Assembly (NCBI GenBank): GCA_028702315.1
Contig: JAQVPA010000001.1
Coordinates: forward strand, 1 to 54,254
DNA from: Candidatus Margulisiibacteriota bacterium
GTDB lineage: Bacteria; Margulisbacteria; WOR-1; O2-12-FULL-45-9; XYB2-FULL-48-7
Reading direction: 5' to 3'
Length of the DNA stretch: 54,254 nt
Shown: piece after piece, positions 1-12,103 of the stretch
How positions within the stretch are numbered: position 1 is the stretch's first letter
How the letters are laid out: each line of letters starts with the position of its first letter
The notes under the pieces: model-generated
Databases searched by the model: none
Seen by the model: only the letters and a program-made list of their open reading frames with translations
What the model was told of the DNA's origin: nothing
Made by a program: the position numbers and the translations under genes

Positions 1-1764
1 CCCTTTTGATTTGCTCATCTTGGCGCCGTCTTTGACGACCATTCCTTGCGTCAGTAGGTTGGCAAAGGGTTCGTCGGTGTTTGACCAGCCGGCATCGAAT
101 AAAACCTTGGTGAAAAACCGGGAGTAGAGGAGATGGAGGATCGCATGCTCGATCCCGCCGATATATTGGTCGACCGGCATCCATTTCTTCGCTAGCTCTT
201 TACTAAAGGGCGCCTGATCATTCTTCGGGTCGCAGTAACGGAAGTAGTACCACGATGAGCAATTGAAAGTATCAAGCGTGTCGGTCTCCCTCCGTCCCTT
301 ACCGCCGCATTTGGGGCATTTTGCTTCCAGGAATTTCTTTGACTGCGTCAGCGGCGAGGCCCCTTCGCCGGTGAACTTTACATCCATCGGCAGTTTGACC
401 GGGAGCTCTTCTTTGGGAACGGGAACGATGCCGCACTTGTCGCAGTAAATTATCGGAATAGGGGCCCCCCAATATCTTTGGCGGGAGACGAGCCAATCGC
501 GGAGCTTGAACTTCGTTTGCCACTCGCCAAACTTATCTCCGATCTTTTCCAATGCTTCTGCGCTCTTCAGCCCGTTGAAGTCGCCAGAATTTATCATTAT
601 TCCTTCTTCAACATACGCTTCGGCCATGCTTGGTTGTTGGGTGGTTTGGTTGATAGGTGGTTGGATAACGACCTTGAGTGGTAGTTTATGCTGTTTGGCG
701 AATTCGAAATCTCTTTGATCATGCGCCGGGACTGCCATCACTGCTCCAGTCCCATATTCCAGCAAGACATAATCGGCAGTCCAGATCGGGACATCTTCGT
801 TAGTTGCCGGGTTGATCGCGTAGCCGCCGGTAAAGACCCCATCCTTGCCGGTCGAAACCGTCCGCTCGTGGATGCTTTCATGCCGCGCTTTCTCGACGTA
901 ATCGCGGACGGATTTTTCCTGAGGAGTCCCTTTGGCGAGCTCCAGGACCATAGGGTGTTCGGGGGCCAGGACCATATAGGTCACTCCAAATAGAGTGTCG
1001 GGTCTGGTCGTGTAGATTTTAAGTTCTTGACCCTTGCCCCTTGCTACTTGAAACTTTATCTCCACGCCTTCGCTCTTCCCGATCCAATTCCGCTGCATGA
1101 TCTTGACCGGCTCAGGCCAGCCTGCCAGTTTTTCGATATCGGTCAGGAGGCGGTCAGCATATTCGGTGATCTTGAAAAACCACTGCTCAAGATCGCGTTG
1201 TTCGACCGTCGAATCACAGCGCCAGCATTTATCCTCTTTGACGACCTGTTCGTTGGCTAACACAGTTCCGCACTTGGGGCACCAGTTGACGACCGCTTTT
1301 TTCCGATAAGCAAGGCCCCGTTCGTACATTAAAAGGAACAGCCACTGGGTCCATCTATAATATTCCGGTTTGCTGGTGTTGACCTCGCGCTCCCAGTCAT
1401 AAGAGATGCCAAGCCGCTTGAGCTGTTTCTTCATCCGCTCGATGCAAGCATCGGTCCACGGTTCGGGGTGGGTTTTGTTCTTGATCGCCGCATTCTCGGC
1501 CGGCATCCCAAAGGCGTCCCAGCCGATCGGGTGGAGGACGGAGAAACCCTGCATTCTTTTATAGCGGGCGATAACGTCACCGATCGCGTAATTGCGGACG
1601 TGGCCCATGTGCAAATTGCCCGAGGGGTAGGGGAACATTACCAAATCGTAATACTTCTTGGTGGTTGGGTTGATAGGTTGATCGGTGGTTAGGTTGAGAA
1701 GCTGGTCTTCCCATTTCTTTTGCCATTTTGGTTCAAGTGTATTTGGAGAGTAATTTATTGGCAT
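1..1764 (-). CDS. leuS: Leucyl-tRNA synthetase, N-terminal ~588 aa; the 3' end lies beyond the window edge
   Basis: My own minus-strand translation gives [18 protein letters not shown]..., [12 protein letters not shown] (HIGH motif), a CPKCGG zinc knuckle and KMSKSKG at nt 1-21. It is absent from the ORF track because it runs off the edge. Confidence 0.95.
   Translation of the reverse strand, partial: MPINYSPNTLEPKWQKKWEDQLLNLTTDQPINPTTKKYYDLVMFPYPSGNLHMGHVRNYAIGDVIARYKRMQGFSVLHPIGWDAFGMPAENAAIKNKTHPEPWTDACIERMKKQLKRLGISYDWEREVNTSKPEYYRWTQWLFLLMYERGLAYRKKAVVNWCPKCGTVLANEQVVKEDKCWRCDSTVEQRDLEQWFFKITEYADRLLTDIEKLAGWPEPVKIMQRNWIGKSEGVEIKFQVARGKGQELKIYTTRPDTLFGVTYMVLAPEHPMVLELAKGTPQEKSVRDYVEKARHESIHERTVSTGKDGVFTGGYAINPATNEDVPIWTADYVLLEYGTGAVMAVPAHDQRDFEFAKQHKLPLKVVIQPPINQTTQQPSMAEAYVEEGIMINSGDFNGLKSAEALEKIGDKFGEWQTKFKLRDWLVSRQRYWGAPIPIIYCDKCGIVPVPKEELPVKLPMDVKFTGEGASPLTQSKKFLEAKCPKCGGKGRRETDTLDTFNCSSWYYFRYCDPKNDQAPFSKELAKKWMPVDQYIGGIEHAILHLLYSRFFTKVLFDAGWSNTDEPFANLLTQGMVVKDGAKMSKSKG
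630..669. repeat. G/T-rich 8/16-nt-period tandem array inside leuS
   Basis: TTGGTTGT TGGGTGGT TTGGTTGA TAGGTGGT TGGATAAC. On the coding strand it encodes [16 protein letters not shown], in a loop that varies among LeuRS. Confidence 0.6.
1672..1708. repeat. G/T-rich octamer tandem array inside leuS
   Basis: TGGTTGGG TTGATAGG TTGATCGG TGGTTAGG TTGAG. It encodes [13 protein letters not shown] in the N-terminal variable linker. Confidence 0.6.
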
Positions 1765-1770
1765 TAGATA

Positions 1771-1779
1771 ATTTTATCA
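1771..1779 (-). promoter_or_regulatory. Extended -10 promoter (TGATAAAAT) for leuS, 6 nt from the ATG
   Basis: The minus strand reads TGA-TAAAAT-tatcta-ATG. There is no Shine-Dalgarno sequence, so the geometry is leaderless. Confidence 0.5.
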
Positions 1780-1931
1780 CAATTATTGCTGTTTTTTATG
1801 TGGCCGGTTAGCAAATTAAATTTTGGTGTTTTTGTGTTTATCCTGTTCAATCATAATTGAGTGAAATTACCTAAAACGTTGTTCGATGACTTAAAGGGAG
1901 TTTAAAAAGCGGCTGGGCAGACAGGTTCAAG

Positions 1932-1961
1932 AAACCGCCAGAAATGTATGGCGGTTTTTTT
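1932..1961 (+). terminator. Intrinsic-terminator-like hairpin plus T7 tract, 41 nt upstream of the giant gene
   Basis: AAACCGCCA-gaaatgta-TGGCGGTTT followed by TTTTTTT. The ORF-track start at 1948 lies inside this hairpin. Confidence 0.55.
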
Positions 1962-2001
1962 ATTGCGCGCTAAAAATGCCGATCATTATAAGGGGGAAAA
2001 A

Positions 2002-5000
2002 ATGGATGGATTAAATGGCGTTAACGTCAATTCGTTGGGTTCAGGCGGCCTTTTCGCGGCGCCGGCAACAGCCGCTACCCTTCTGCCGGGCCAACAAAAA
2101 TCAACGCTGGCGGACAAACCTGCCGTGCCGCCATATCAAATATCCTCTCCTTGGACAAATAGCGTCATTTATCTGCAAGCCCCAATTGCCACCACACCAA
2201 CAGAAGAGGTTGTGCCGCCCCGAACAGGAATTACCATGGCGCTGATCAAAGCCTTGTCTGATGAGGGGATAGCGGTTGGCAGTGATCTTGACGCCTGGCT
2301 ATATTATTTTGACCATTTTGAAGGGCTTTCTAAGGCAACAGAAAAAATGTCCAGCCAGGGATTTGCCAACCCTTTTATCGACCCGGACGGGCAAATCAAA
2401 GAATGGGCGGGCAAGGTCATTCAACAGAATAGGTGCCGGAACGAAAAAGACAAGATTATTGCTCTGCTGAAAGCGGCGAAAGGAATGATCCAGTATGTTC
2501 CCGGTTCTGCACCGGAGGCGCTTTATGCCAAGGCCACGGATCTGTTGAAAACCGGCCAAGCACCCCGCCAAAATGATTGGTTTATCCTGTTCATTGCGGC
2601 GGCCAGGTCTGCCGGCTTATCGGTGGAAATTATTTGGGATTATGATACGGAAGCTGCCGATTTTGATCCCCAGCCAAGGTATGTCAAAAAAGAGGATTTT
2701 GCCGGCCTGGGCGAAAGCCCTGATTCGATCTGGCAGCTGTTGAACGAGCAGGGCTATATTAATGAGCAAGGGGAAGTCCGCTTTGCGTATTTTAACAGTA
2801 ATCAGAATTTGTTCCCCGGAACGCAATTCGCCGATGAGCAAAAACAAAAACTGCAATCGATCCTTGAGGGGAAAGAAGAGCCGTTAGTCCGCCCGTTCGA
2901 TTATCAGCAAAATATTAGTTGCCGAATAACCATTGGAGATAATGTTTATCGGCTATCATCGGCTGACAGCGATCTTCTCCCTTACACTGCCAGAGGGCAG
3001 GTGGCCCAGAAATATTTTAGCCCGATACCGGAACAGCAAGTTAAAATCTGGTCAGCTTTACTGGAAGCCGGATATATTGATGTTGAGGGGGCAATCTTGG
3101 GTAAGTTTGATGGCAAATTGAACAGTTTTGATCTTGGTGCGGGGTTTGCGGCGGGCGAAAAGGAAAGGATATTTAAAGTATTAACAGATGCAGAGAAGAT
3201 TTCCGGGGCATTTGCTTTTATGGCCGAACAGGCTATAACGCTGCACGAGCCGGCCATTGCCGACGCCTATGTGATCGGCCTGCCGGTTTCCCGCTCGCGG
3301 GATTATTTATTCCTGGCGATCGCCTTCGAATACGTAAAACTGAAACAGAATATTCAGGCCAATAAATGCATAACAAGGCAACTGATCAATGGCCGCAAAA
3401 ACGATATCATGGCGCTGTATGCTTTAGCAAGGCTCTATTCAAGAATTGGAGGGGCGATGGATGTTCAAACTTTAATTTACAAAACGCTGCTGCAATTAGC
3501 GCCGCTTAACTATATAGCAAACCGGGAAATTGCTGGCGGGAGAAACAATTTTACGTCGGTGCAAGAAAATTTAAACGCGGTAACAAACCTTTATAATGTT
3601 TATCCCAGCTTGATAAGCAAAATCATAATGGCCACTCTCAGGGTTATTTATTTAAACAAAGGGCAGGAAAGCTATCAAATATTTTCCGAAATAGCGGGCG
3701 AAATCAAAAAATTACACCGAGATATAGTTATGCGCCTCATCTCGTTTCACTGTCAAAAACAAGATTTAGATCAGTATTTGGATAAGATCGGCCGCTCGCC
3801 GGAAAATATGCAGATCCTGGGGGATTATTATCAGGATGTGGCCGGCGATTATTCGGCGGCGATCAACATCTATTTGAATATCATTAAAGATGATCCGAGT
3901 TATTTCCCCGCTTATCAAAGCTTGATCGACCGCCTTATTGCCAACGATGAAACGGAGCGGGCGTACGCGCTGGCGCAAAAAGCGCTTAAGGCGGCGCATG
4001 GCGATGAAACAATGTGGCATGCTCTCGGCCTAAAGCTCCAGGATGAATTTAATGATCAAGAAGCGGCCATTAAGGCTTATGAGCGGGCGATCGAGATCGA
4101 TCCGGGTTTTCTCCCTGCTTATATTACGCTGATCGACCTTTATCAATCAAAGCAACTGATCCGTCAAGCGCAGGATACTCTAGCCCTAGCGGCAAACAGC
4201 GCGGCGGTTTCTCCAGAAAACCTTATCGAACTTGGCGATCTTTACCAGGAATCATTTTCTGATTTTAAAACAGCCGAAACGCTTTTCCGCCAAGCGCTCC
4301 GCCTTAATCGGGATTACTTGCCGGCTTATGATGCGCTCATTGCGAATCTGAAGAAGCAGGACAACCGGCGGATCGCAGAGGTAATTAGCGGCGAAAGAGA
4401 ATTGGCCAGACTGAGAGCGATTGGGATAGATAATTTAAAAACCTGGGAGCAAGTCGTTCAAATTGGGCCGGTTGAGGTGCCAGCTGGAACGACCGGCCAG
4501 CTTAAGGCCGAATTAGCCGTTGCCGGCATTAAATTAGCAAATGAGGAGACGGTCTGGTCGTATATTATGAAAAATCAGGTTTTACCGGTGAACGTCAAGC
4601 AGCAGCTTGATCAATTAGGCATCGTCAATCCTTTGGCGGACCCGGAAAAAAAGATCGCTGCCTGGACAGAAGAAATTATCGAGCAAAGCCAGGCTAAGAC
4701 AGAAAAAGAAAAAGTGCAGGCGATTTTTTTAGCCTTGAACAAGGCGATAAAATATGATACCGATGACAAAAAACGCCCGAACGGGAAGTTGACGGCAATT
4801 GATGTCTTTAATAATAAATATGGAGATTGTGATGAGATAAGTTCGCTATTTATCCGGATGGCAAGTTCGGCTGGCTTTGAAGCAGGCCTGATATTTAGTA
4901 ATGAGGCCGCGGCTTCGCTCTCAATGGATATTGATGGGAAAATATCTGTTATTGGTCATGCCTGGAATTGGGTGAAACTTGGCGCCGAATATTACGAGTT

Positions 5001-6264
5001 GGACCTGTTGGAAGCATCCCTGCAGCTTAGAAAGTTAAGCAAGCCCAAAGTTGGCGCGCAAAAGTTATTCAGCGATCATTTTTATCAATCAGCCCTAGTT
5101 AATTATAGGAACATGAATTATGCTCTGGCCAATAAAAATCTCGGATTAGCTCTCTCGATCGATCCATCATCTGTTGCCGCGCTGCTGCTTTTGGCCAATG
5201 CAGAAAGACGGAACGGCATAATGGCGGCCAATATGGGGAAGACCGCGTTGGCTCAGAGATATTGGCTGTCCGAAATGAGGGCTTTGAATACATTACATAA
5301 TGTTGCCAGCAGCAATCCGTCAGATATCAAAAATGTTGTCAGATTGTTTGCTGATATGGGGGAGCCTAAAAAAGCGGTGGAGATACTGGAAAACAATATC
5401 GCTAAAATGAGCAATGATTATGAGGCTAATTATTTGCTGGCGGCGCTTTACGAGGAGACCAAGCGTTATGGGAACGCTTTGGAATATTATCAGAAATGCT
5501 CAAGAATATTGCCGCGGGATACAACTACCATGATCAAAATTGCGCAGCTGCAAGAGAAAACCGGTAATTATAGCGAAGCTAAAAAAAACTGGGTGAAACT
5601 TCATTATCATCGGGGGTCAGAAGGGGTAATTGACCCGGAATCAATAATAAAAATCGTTGAAATGCTCTCTTTGCCAGAAGAAGCGGAGGAGGGTGGGCGT
5701 TATCTGGAAGAAGCGCTAAAATATCTTCAATCATTTGAGAAAAGTATGTTTGTTTCCATTTATGCTAGTGTTTTGATATCTGCGGGGAAGGTCGAACAAG
5801 CGGAGGAGCTGATAAGAAATAAGATGCTGTCCGACAGTCCGACAACGACTTTTTTCCTTTATTTGATTGATCGAGAAGACGCCAAGGCCGTGATCAAGGC
5901 TTATGACCGATTTTTAGCAAAGGCGCCAAGTAAAGAAGAAAGCAGCAAAGTTATGCTTGAATGGCTGCTATGGGATATGACCAAAGATAAGTCGAAGCTT
6001 ATTGCCCTGTTCAAGAAAATGATCGAAATCCGCCCGCAAGACCCCAACGCTTATCTAATCCTAAGTAAGATGTATATGCTGTTTTTGTCTGATCAGGTTA
6101 ATTCTGAGCGTTATCTGGACATGGCGCTTGAGCGTTTCCCGGAAAATTGTGAATTGCATGGGATGCACCTGTATTTTGCTCAAAAATCTGAGCAAACTGA
6201 GTCGATCCAGAAAGAATTAGAATTTGGTCGTGCTCACCCCGAATGTGCCGTTCAGAAAAAATAG
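2002..6264 (+). CDS. Giant (~1420 aa) TPR-repeat protein with one intact and one degenerate transglutaminase-like cysteine-protease core
   Basis: AAGGGGG RBS sits 5 nt before ATG 2002. The motifs YGDCDEISSLFIRMASSAGF...GHAWNWVKL...ELD give a Cys-His-Asp core around nt 4820-5005. An upstream paralogous segment, QNDWFILFIAAARSAGL, lacks the Cys. Many TPR-like A..Y..AL..DP..LPAY repeats are present. Confidence 0.85.
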   Translation: MDGLNGVNVNSLGSGGLFAAPATAATLLPGQQKSTLADKPAVPPYQISSPWTNSVIYLQAPIATTPTEEVVPPRTGITMALIKALSDEGIAVGSDLDAWLYYFDHFEGLSKATEKMSSQGFANPFIDPDGQIKEWAGKVIQQNRCRNEKDKIIALLKAAKGMIQYVPGSAPEALYAKATDLLKTGQAPRQNDWFILFIAAARSAGLSVEIIWDYDTEAADFDPQPRYVKKEDFAGLGESPDSIWQLLNEQGYINEQGEVRFAYFNSNQNLFPGTQFADEQKQKLQSILEGKEEPLVRPFDYQQNISCRITIGDNVYRLSSADSDLLPYTARGQVAQKYFSPIPEQQVKIWSALLEAGYIDVEGAILGKFDGKLNSFDLGAGFAAGEKERIFKVLTDAEKISGAFAFMAEQAITLHEPAIADAYVIGLPVSRSRDYLFLAIAFEYVKLKQNIQANKCITRQLINGRKNDIMALYALARLYSRIGGAMDVQTLIYKTLLQLAPLNYIANREIAGGRNNFTSVQENLNAVTNLYNVYPSLISKIIMATLRVIYLNKGQESYQIFSEIAGEIKKLHRDIVMRLISFHCQKQDLDQYLDKIGRSPENMQILGDYYQDVAGDYSAAINIYLNIIKDDPSYFPAYQSLIDRLIANDETERAYALAQKALKAAHGDETMWHALGLKLQDEFNDQEAAIKAYERAIEIDPGFLPAYITLIDLYQSKQLIRQAQDTLALAANSAAVSPENLIELGDLYQESFSDFKTAETLFRQALRLNRDYLPAYDALIANLKKQDNRRIAEVISGERELARLRAIGIDNLKTWEQVVQIGPVEVPAGTTGQLKAELAVAGIKLANEETVWSYIMKNQVLPVNVKQQLDQLGIVNPLADPEKKIAAWTEEIIEQSQAKTEKEKVQAIFLALNKAIKYDTDDKKRPNGKLTAIDVFNNKYGDCDEISSLFIRMASSAGFEAGLIFSNEAAASLSMDIDGKISVIGHAWNWVKLGAEYYELDLLEASLQLRKLSKPKVGAQKLFSDHFYQSALVNYRNMNYALANKNLGLALSIDPSSVAALLLLANAERRNGIMAANMGKTALAQRYWLSEMRALNTLHNVASSNPSDIKNVVRLFADMGEPKKAVEILENNIAKMSNDYEANYLLAALYEETKRYGNALEYYQKCSRILPRDTTTMIKIAQLQEKTGNYSEAKKNWVKLHYHRGSEGVIDPESIIKIVEMLSLPEEAEEGGRYLEEALKYLQSFEKSMFVSIYASVLISAGKVEQAEELIRNKMLSDSPTTTFFLYLIDREDAKAVIKAYDRFLAKAPSKEESSKVMLEWLLWDMTKDKSKLIALFKKMIEIRPQDPNAYLILSKMYMLFLSDQVNSERYLDMALERFPENCELHGMHLYFAQKSEQTESIQKELEFGRAHPECAVQKK

Positions 6265-6271
6265 AATTGTC

Positions 6272-7681
6272 ATGATTAAACTATCAAATTGTGCCAGAAC
6301 TACGGCTTATTATGCGCTTCGCTCCGCCCACCGGGCGTCTAAGGTGCTGGTGGATGAGGCAAAAAATGTCGGGCTTTCAACGGGTTGGTTTTTCCGTTTA
6401 CAGGATATGATCGGGACCGTTAAAGATAAGATCAGGCTGGGCCTTCCCGAAAAACGACTGACTTCCGCTGAAGCAACCTCCAAGTTCGCCCACTATCTCA
6501 AAGAGATCAACAGAGAATTAAACATTATTAAAGAACAATTTGAGGCGTTAACGAAGCAACTAGAAAACCAAGGACAGGAAAGGGCCGATCCCTTGAATCG
6601 CTTGGCGGAAAACAGAATCAATACGGTCTGTAATTTAGCCGAAAAGGCTTCTTATATCAATTATTGTCTTGGCGGCGTCGGCCAGGAGGGCAGTGAGATT
6701 AGCAGTTATTTAGCTGATTTGCGAATGGAAATAAGAGCCGATAAAATAGTCTTTGATGTTTTTGACTGGCACAGGTCCACAGGGCAAACGGCAACACGAT
6801 ATTGTTCCCCAGATGAGAGAGCAACTTCAACTCAATATTATGCCGATCAAGAAACGGAGGCATGGCAAAAGATCCATATCAGGAAAAAAGCTGGGCGCAT
6901 GACATTTTTCTTGCTGGCACATGATCGGAAATATTCTGACGTTGAAATAGCTGGATTTAAGCAGCAATTGACGGCCGAAAAACTTTGGCCGGAAGTCTTT
7001 ACAAGTTCCTTTTATGCTGAATTTCATGATACAGCACATTTGCTTGAGCGAGCGAGACATAATTCCTATTATGATGAGACCGCACTTAAGTCATTGTTAG
7101 TTTATAGTTTAATTGAAAATGACCCAGTAAAAAGACGAGGGCAGATGAAAATGATCGATAAGTATATTGCTTCGATCAATACTTGGATAGAGATACTCCG
7201 GGGCTTCAAAAAAATCAAAAAGCTTGATCTATCCGGGCTTTTTCGAGAGACAATATCAATAAGGCGCGAGATTGTGGTCGCTAAAGGTTTGGGATTTGCG
7301 GTGGATATCTCGCCAGGGGAAGCAATGGTGGAGGGCGATAGCGATCTTTTGCGGGACGCAATCGGGGCGGTAATTGATAATGCGCTTAAGTATACGGTAG
7401 CCGGCTTTATTTGCTGCAAGCTGGTTACGATCGAAGAAGAAGGGAAGAAGAAGGCTGTTTTGGAAATAACGGACAGCGGCATTGGGATACCATCAGATGA
7501 ACAAGAGAAGATATTTGAAAAGTATTATCGCGCCAGCAATACCGGCAGTATTTCCGGCAGCGGGATAGGGCTAGATTTTGCAAAAGAAGCTATTAATAGC
7601 ATGAGAGGGGATATCAGCGTAGAATCAGAAGTTGGCAAAGGGTCGACCTTTAGGATTATATTGCCGCTCGCTTCTGCTTAG
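6272..7681 (+). CDS. Cytoplasmic histidine kinase with a divergent DHp domain and a canonical HATPase_c domain
   Basis: H-box-like FYAEFHDTAHLL (His codon 7025-7027). N box IDNALKYT lies 118 aa downstream. G boxes are DSGIGIP and GSGIGL. No TM segment. Start moved to ATG 6272, just after the upstream stop. Confidence 0.8.
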   Translation: MIKLSNCARTTAYYALRSAHRASKVLVDEAKNVGLSTGWFFRLQDMIGTVKDKIRLGLPEKRLTSAEATSKFAHYLKEINRELNIIKEQFEALTKQLENQGQERADPLNRLAENRINTVCNLAEKASYINYCLGGVGQEGSEISSYLADLRMEIRADKIVFDVFDWHRSTGQTATRYCSPDERATSTQYYADQETEAWQKIHIRKKAGRMTFFLLAHDRKYSDVEIAGFKQQLTAEKLWPEVFTSSFYAEFHDTAHLLERARHNSYYDETALKSLLVYSLIENDPVKRRGQMKMIDKYIASINTWIEILRGFKKIKKLDLSGLFRETISIRREIVVAKGLGFAVDISPGEAMVEGDSDLLRDAIGAVIDNALKYTVAGFICCKLVTIEEEGKKKAVLEITDSGIGIPSDEQEKIFEKYYRASNTGSISGSGIGLDFAKEAINSMRGDISVESEVGKGSTFRIILPLASA

Positions 7682-7747
7682 CCTTTTTTGCTCGAATTTC
7701 AATATTTTGATGAAATTTGGCGGTATAACAAACGATAAATACTAGCA

Positions 7748-8764
7748 ATGAGTACTATTAACGCCAGCGGTGGAATATCCCGGAAACAGCTGAAAATGTA
7801 TGAGCGCGCGGCCATTCCAATCAGGCTGGGGTATCATTCCGGGTCGATGTTTGATGTTTTAGTCAATGGATTAGATACTGAGGCTCGGATGTTTGAATTG
7901 TTGGCTTCTTTTAAAGAAAATCCGCAAGTGTCGCCCATCAGGGACGTGAAAACCAGGACGTTGATGTTGTCGATCTACCGTGATTATGAGACCATGAGAA
8001 AAAAAATAAGGCCTTTACATGAACAAGCGATAAGCGAAATTACTAATTATTCTCAACTGCGGCAGCTGAAAAGAGCGACGCTAGCTTTGGTAGCCGAGTT
8101 CAACGCTGTCTATAAACGATATCAAGCGATCATGCCTGATTTAGGAGGGGCAAGAGTGGATCAGGTTGTGTCGGAAGATGATCCAGCCGTTGCTTCGCTC
8201 TCCTACAAAGAATATGTGTTGGCTGGCCTGACAGAATTAAGCCTGCTTTTTAATCGGGTGATCAAGAACTTCTCTGTCGGTAAATTGGTGTGTGAGCAAA
8301 CTAAATTAAGGTCGCTGGTGGAACAGGCTAAGAATAGCTTAGCACAAAATGATAAAGCGTTCATGGATATGATGCTGATAAATCGAGTGCCGGAAAACCA
8401 TCAGTTAAAGATCGATGCGGTTATGTTTATGTTGGCGGTTGCCAGGGTTTTGAGTAATCAAGCGCATTATGTCGGACAAATAAACAAAGTACTGGTCACA
8501 GCCGAAAATAAGCAAGGCCATTCTATTCTCAAAATTGAAGATGATGGGCCCGGTTTTCTCCCCGGCATGTTGGCCGTCTCAAGCGAGATGGGGCGGCCAA
8601 ACGCTTTAGTTCTGAACCAGACCACCAGGGATAGTACTGGCATGGGGCTTAGTTTTCTCTGGAATGTCGTCTGGCTGCATCGGGGGGGAGTTGAAATATC
8701 CAACAACTCTTCTCTCAAACCTGGTGGGGCCGCTTTTGTGATCCGTCTTCCGAACGCCGCCTAA
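7748..8764 (+). CDS. HATPase_c-containing paralogue of the preceding kinase, lacking the phospho-acceptor His (pseudo-kinase?)
   Basis: VAEFNAVYKRY aligns with AEFHDTAHLL, with Asn codon 8102-8104 in place of His. N box SNQAHY lies exactly 118 aa downstream. Also EDDGPGF and TGMGLSF. Confidence 0.75.
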   Translation: MSTINASGGISRKQLKMYERAAIPIRLGYHSGSMFDVLVNGLDTEARMFELLASFKENPQVSPIRDVKTRTLMLSIYRDYETMRKKIRPLHEQAISEITNYSQLRQLKRATLALVAEFNAVYKRYQAIMPDLGGARVDQVVSEDDPAVASLSYKEYVLAGLTELSLLFNRVIKNFSVGKLVCEQTKLRSLVEQAKNSLAQNDKAFMDMMLINRVPENHQLKIDAVMFMLAVARVLSNQAHYVGQINKVLVTAENKQGHSILKIEDDGPGFLPGMLAVSSEMGRPNALVLNQTTRDSTGMGLSFLWNVVWLHRGGVEISNNSSLKPGGAAFVIRLPNAA

Positions 8765-8775
8765 AAGGCAAAGAC

Positions 8776-11646
<2,871 letters not shown>

Positions 11647-11676
11647 GTTATCCCTTCCTTTTAGCGATTATAGCAA

Positions 11677-11973
11677 CTAACCAAGCATTTCATCAAGCAA
11701 TCTTTCAATTTCGATCTCGAACCTGTCCGCCATATTAAACAGCGCTTTAACGCCCGACAGGTTCAGGCTCCACTCATCCATCAGTGAACAGATCCGTTTG
11801 ATCCGGGTCAGGTCGCTTTGCGAGTAAAGCCGGTATCTTTTGACGGTCCTTTGGGGTGAGACCAGCCCGGCTTGGTCATAAATCCGCAAGGTCCGGGGGT
11901 GGCAGCCGAGGAGTTCGGCCGCGATATGGATCGTGTAGACCGGTTTTTCGCTGTCGTGGAGCCAGCGGATCAT
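11677..11973 (-). CDS. hspR: MerR-family heat-shock regulator, HspR-like
   Basis: YTIHIAAELLGCHPRTLRIYDQAGLVSPQRT helix-turn-helix. The gene lies directly upstream of clpC on the same strand. Confidence 0.8.
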   Translation of the reverse strand: MIRWLHDSEKPVYTIHIAAELLGCHPRTLRIYDQAGLVSPQRTVKRYRLYSQSDLTRIKRICSLMDEWSLNLSGVKALFNMADRFEIEIERLLDEMLG

Positions 11974-12010
11974 TTTTAACCCCCTAAAAACAAACTATGA
12001 CAACGGATGT

Positions 12011-12039
12011 ATTATAAACTTTAACAAAGAAGATGTCAA
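12011..12039 (-). promoter_or_regulatory. Consensus sigma70-type promoter for hspR-clpC
   Basis: The minus strand reads TTGACA-17 nt-TATAAT. An AGGGGG RBS follows before the hspR ATG. Confidence 0.65.
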
Positions 12040-12064
12040 GGTTATAAAAAGAACGATTGGGTTG

Positions 12065-12093
12065 TTGAACTGCTGAAAGTGATGGCATATAAT
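12065..12093 (+). promoter_or_regulatory. sigma70-type promoter for trpB (leader of 4 nt or less)
   Basis: TTGAAC-17 nt-TATAAT. The ATG at 12104 is 10 nt after the -10 box and has no SD. Confidence 0.55.
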
Positions 12094-12103
12094 AAGCTTT
12101 ATA

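Noticed and set aside
263-1692. Multiple 60-100-aa + strand ORFs at the left edge
   Set aside because: All are antisense or out of frame relative to the continuous leuS reading frame, which I verified by translation.
1948-2001. ORF-track start of the giant gene at 1948
   Set aside because: That ATG lies inside the terminator-like hairpin and T tract. ATG 2002 has an AAGGGGG RBS.
11974-12060. Search for an HspR operator (HAIR, CTTGAGT-N7-ACTCAAG) in the hspR promoter region
   Set aside because: I found only a direct TTGACAT/TTGTCAT pair and a 4-bp CTTT/AAAG inverted repeat, nothing resembling the consensus.
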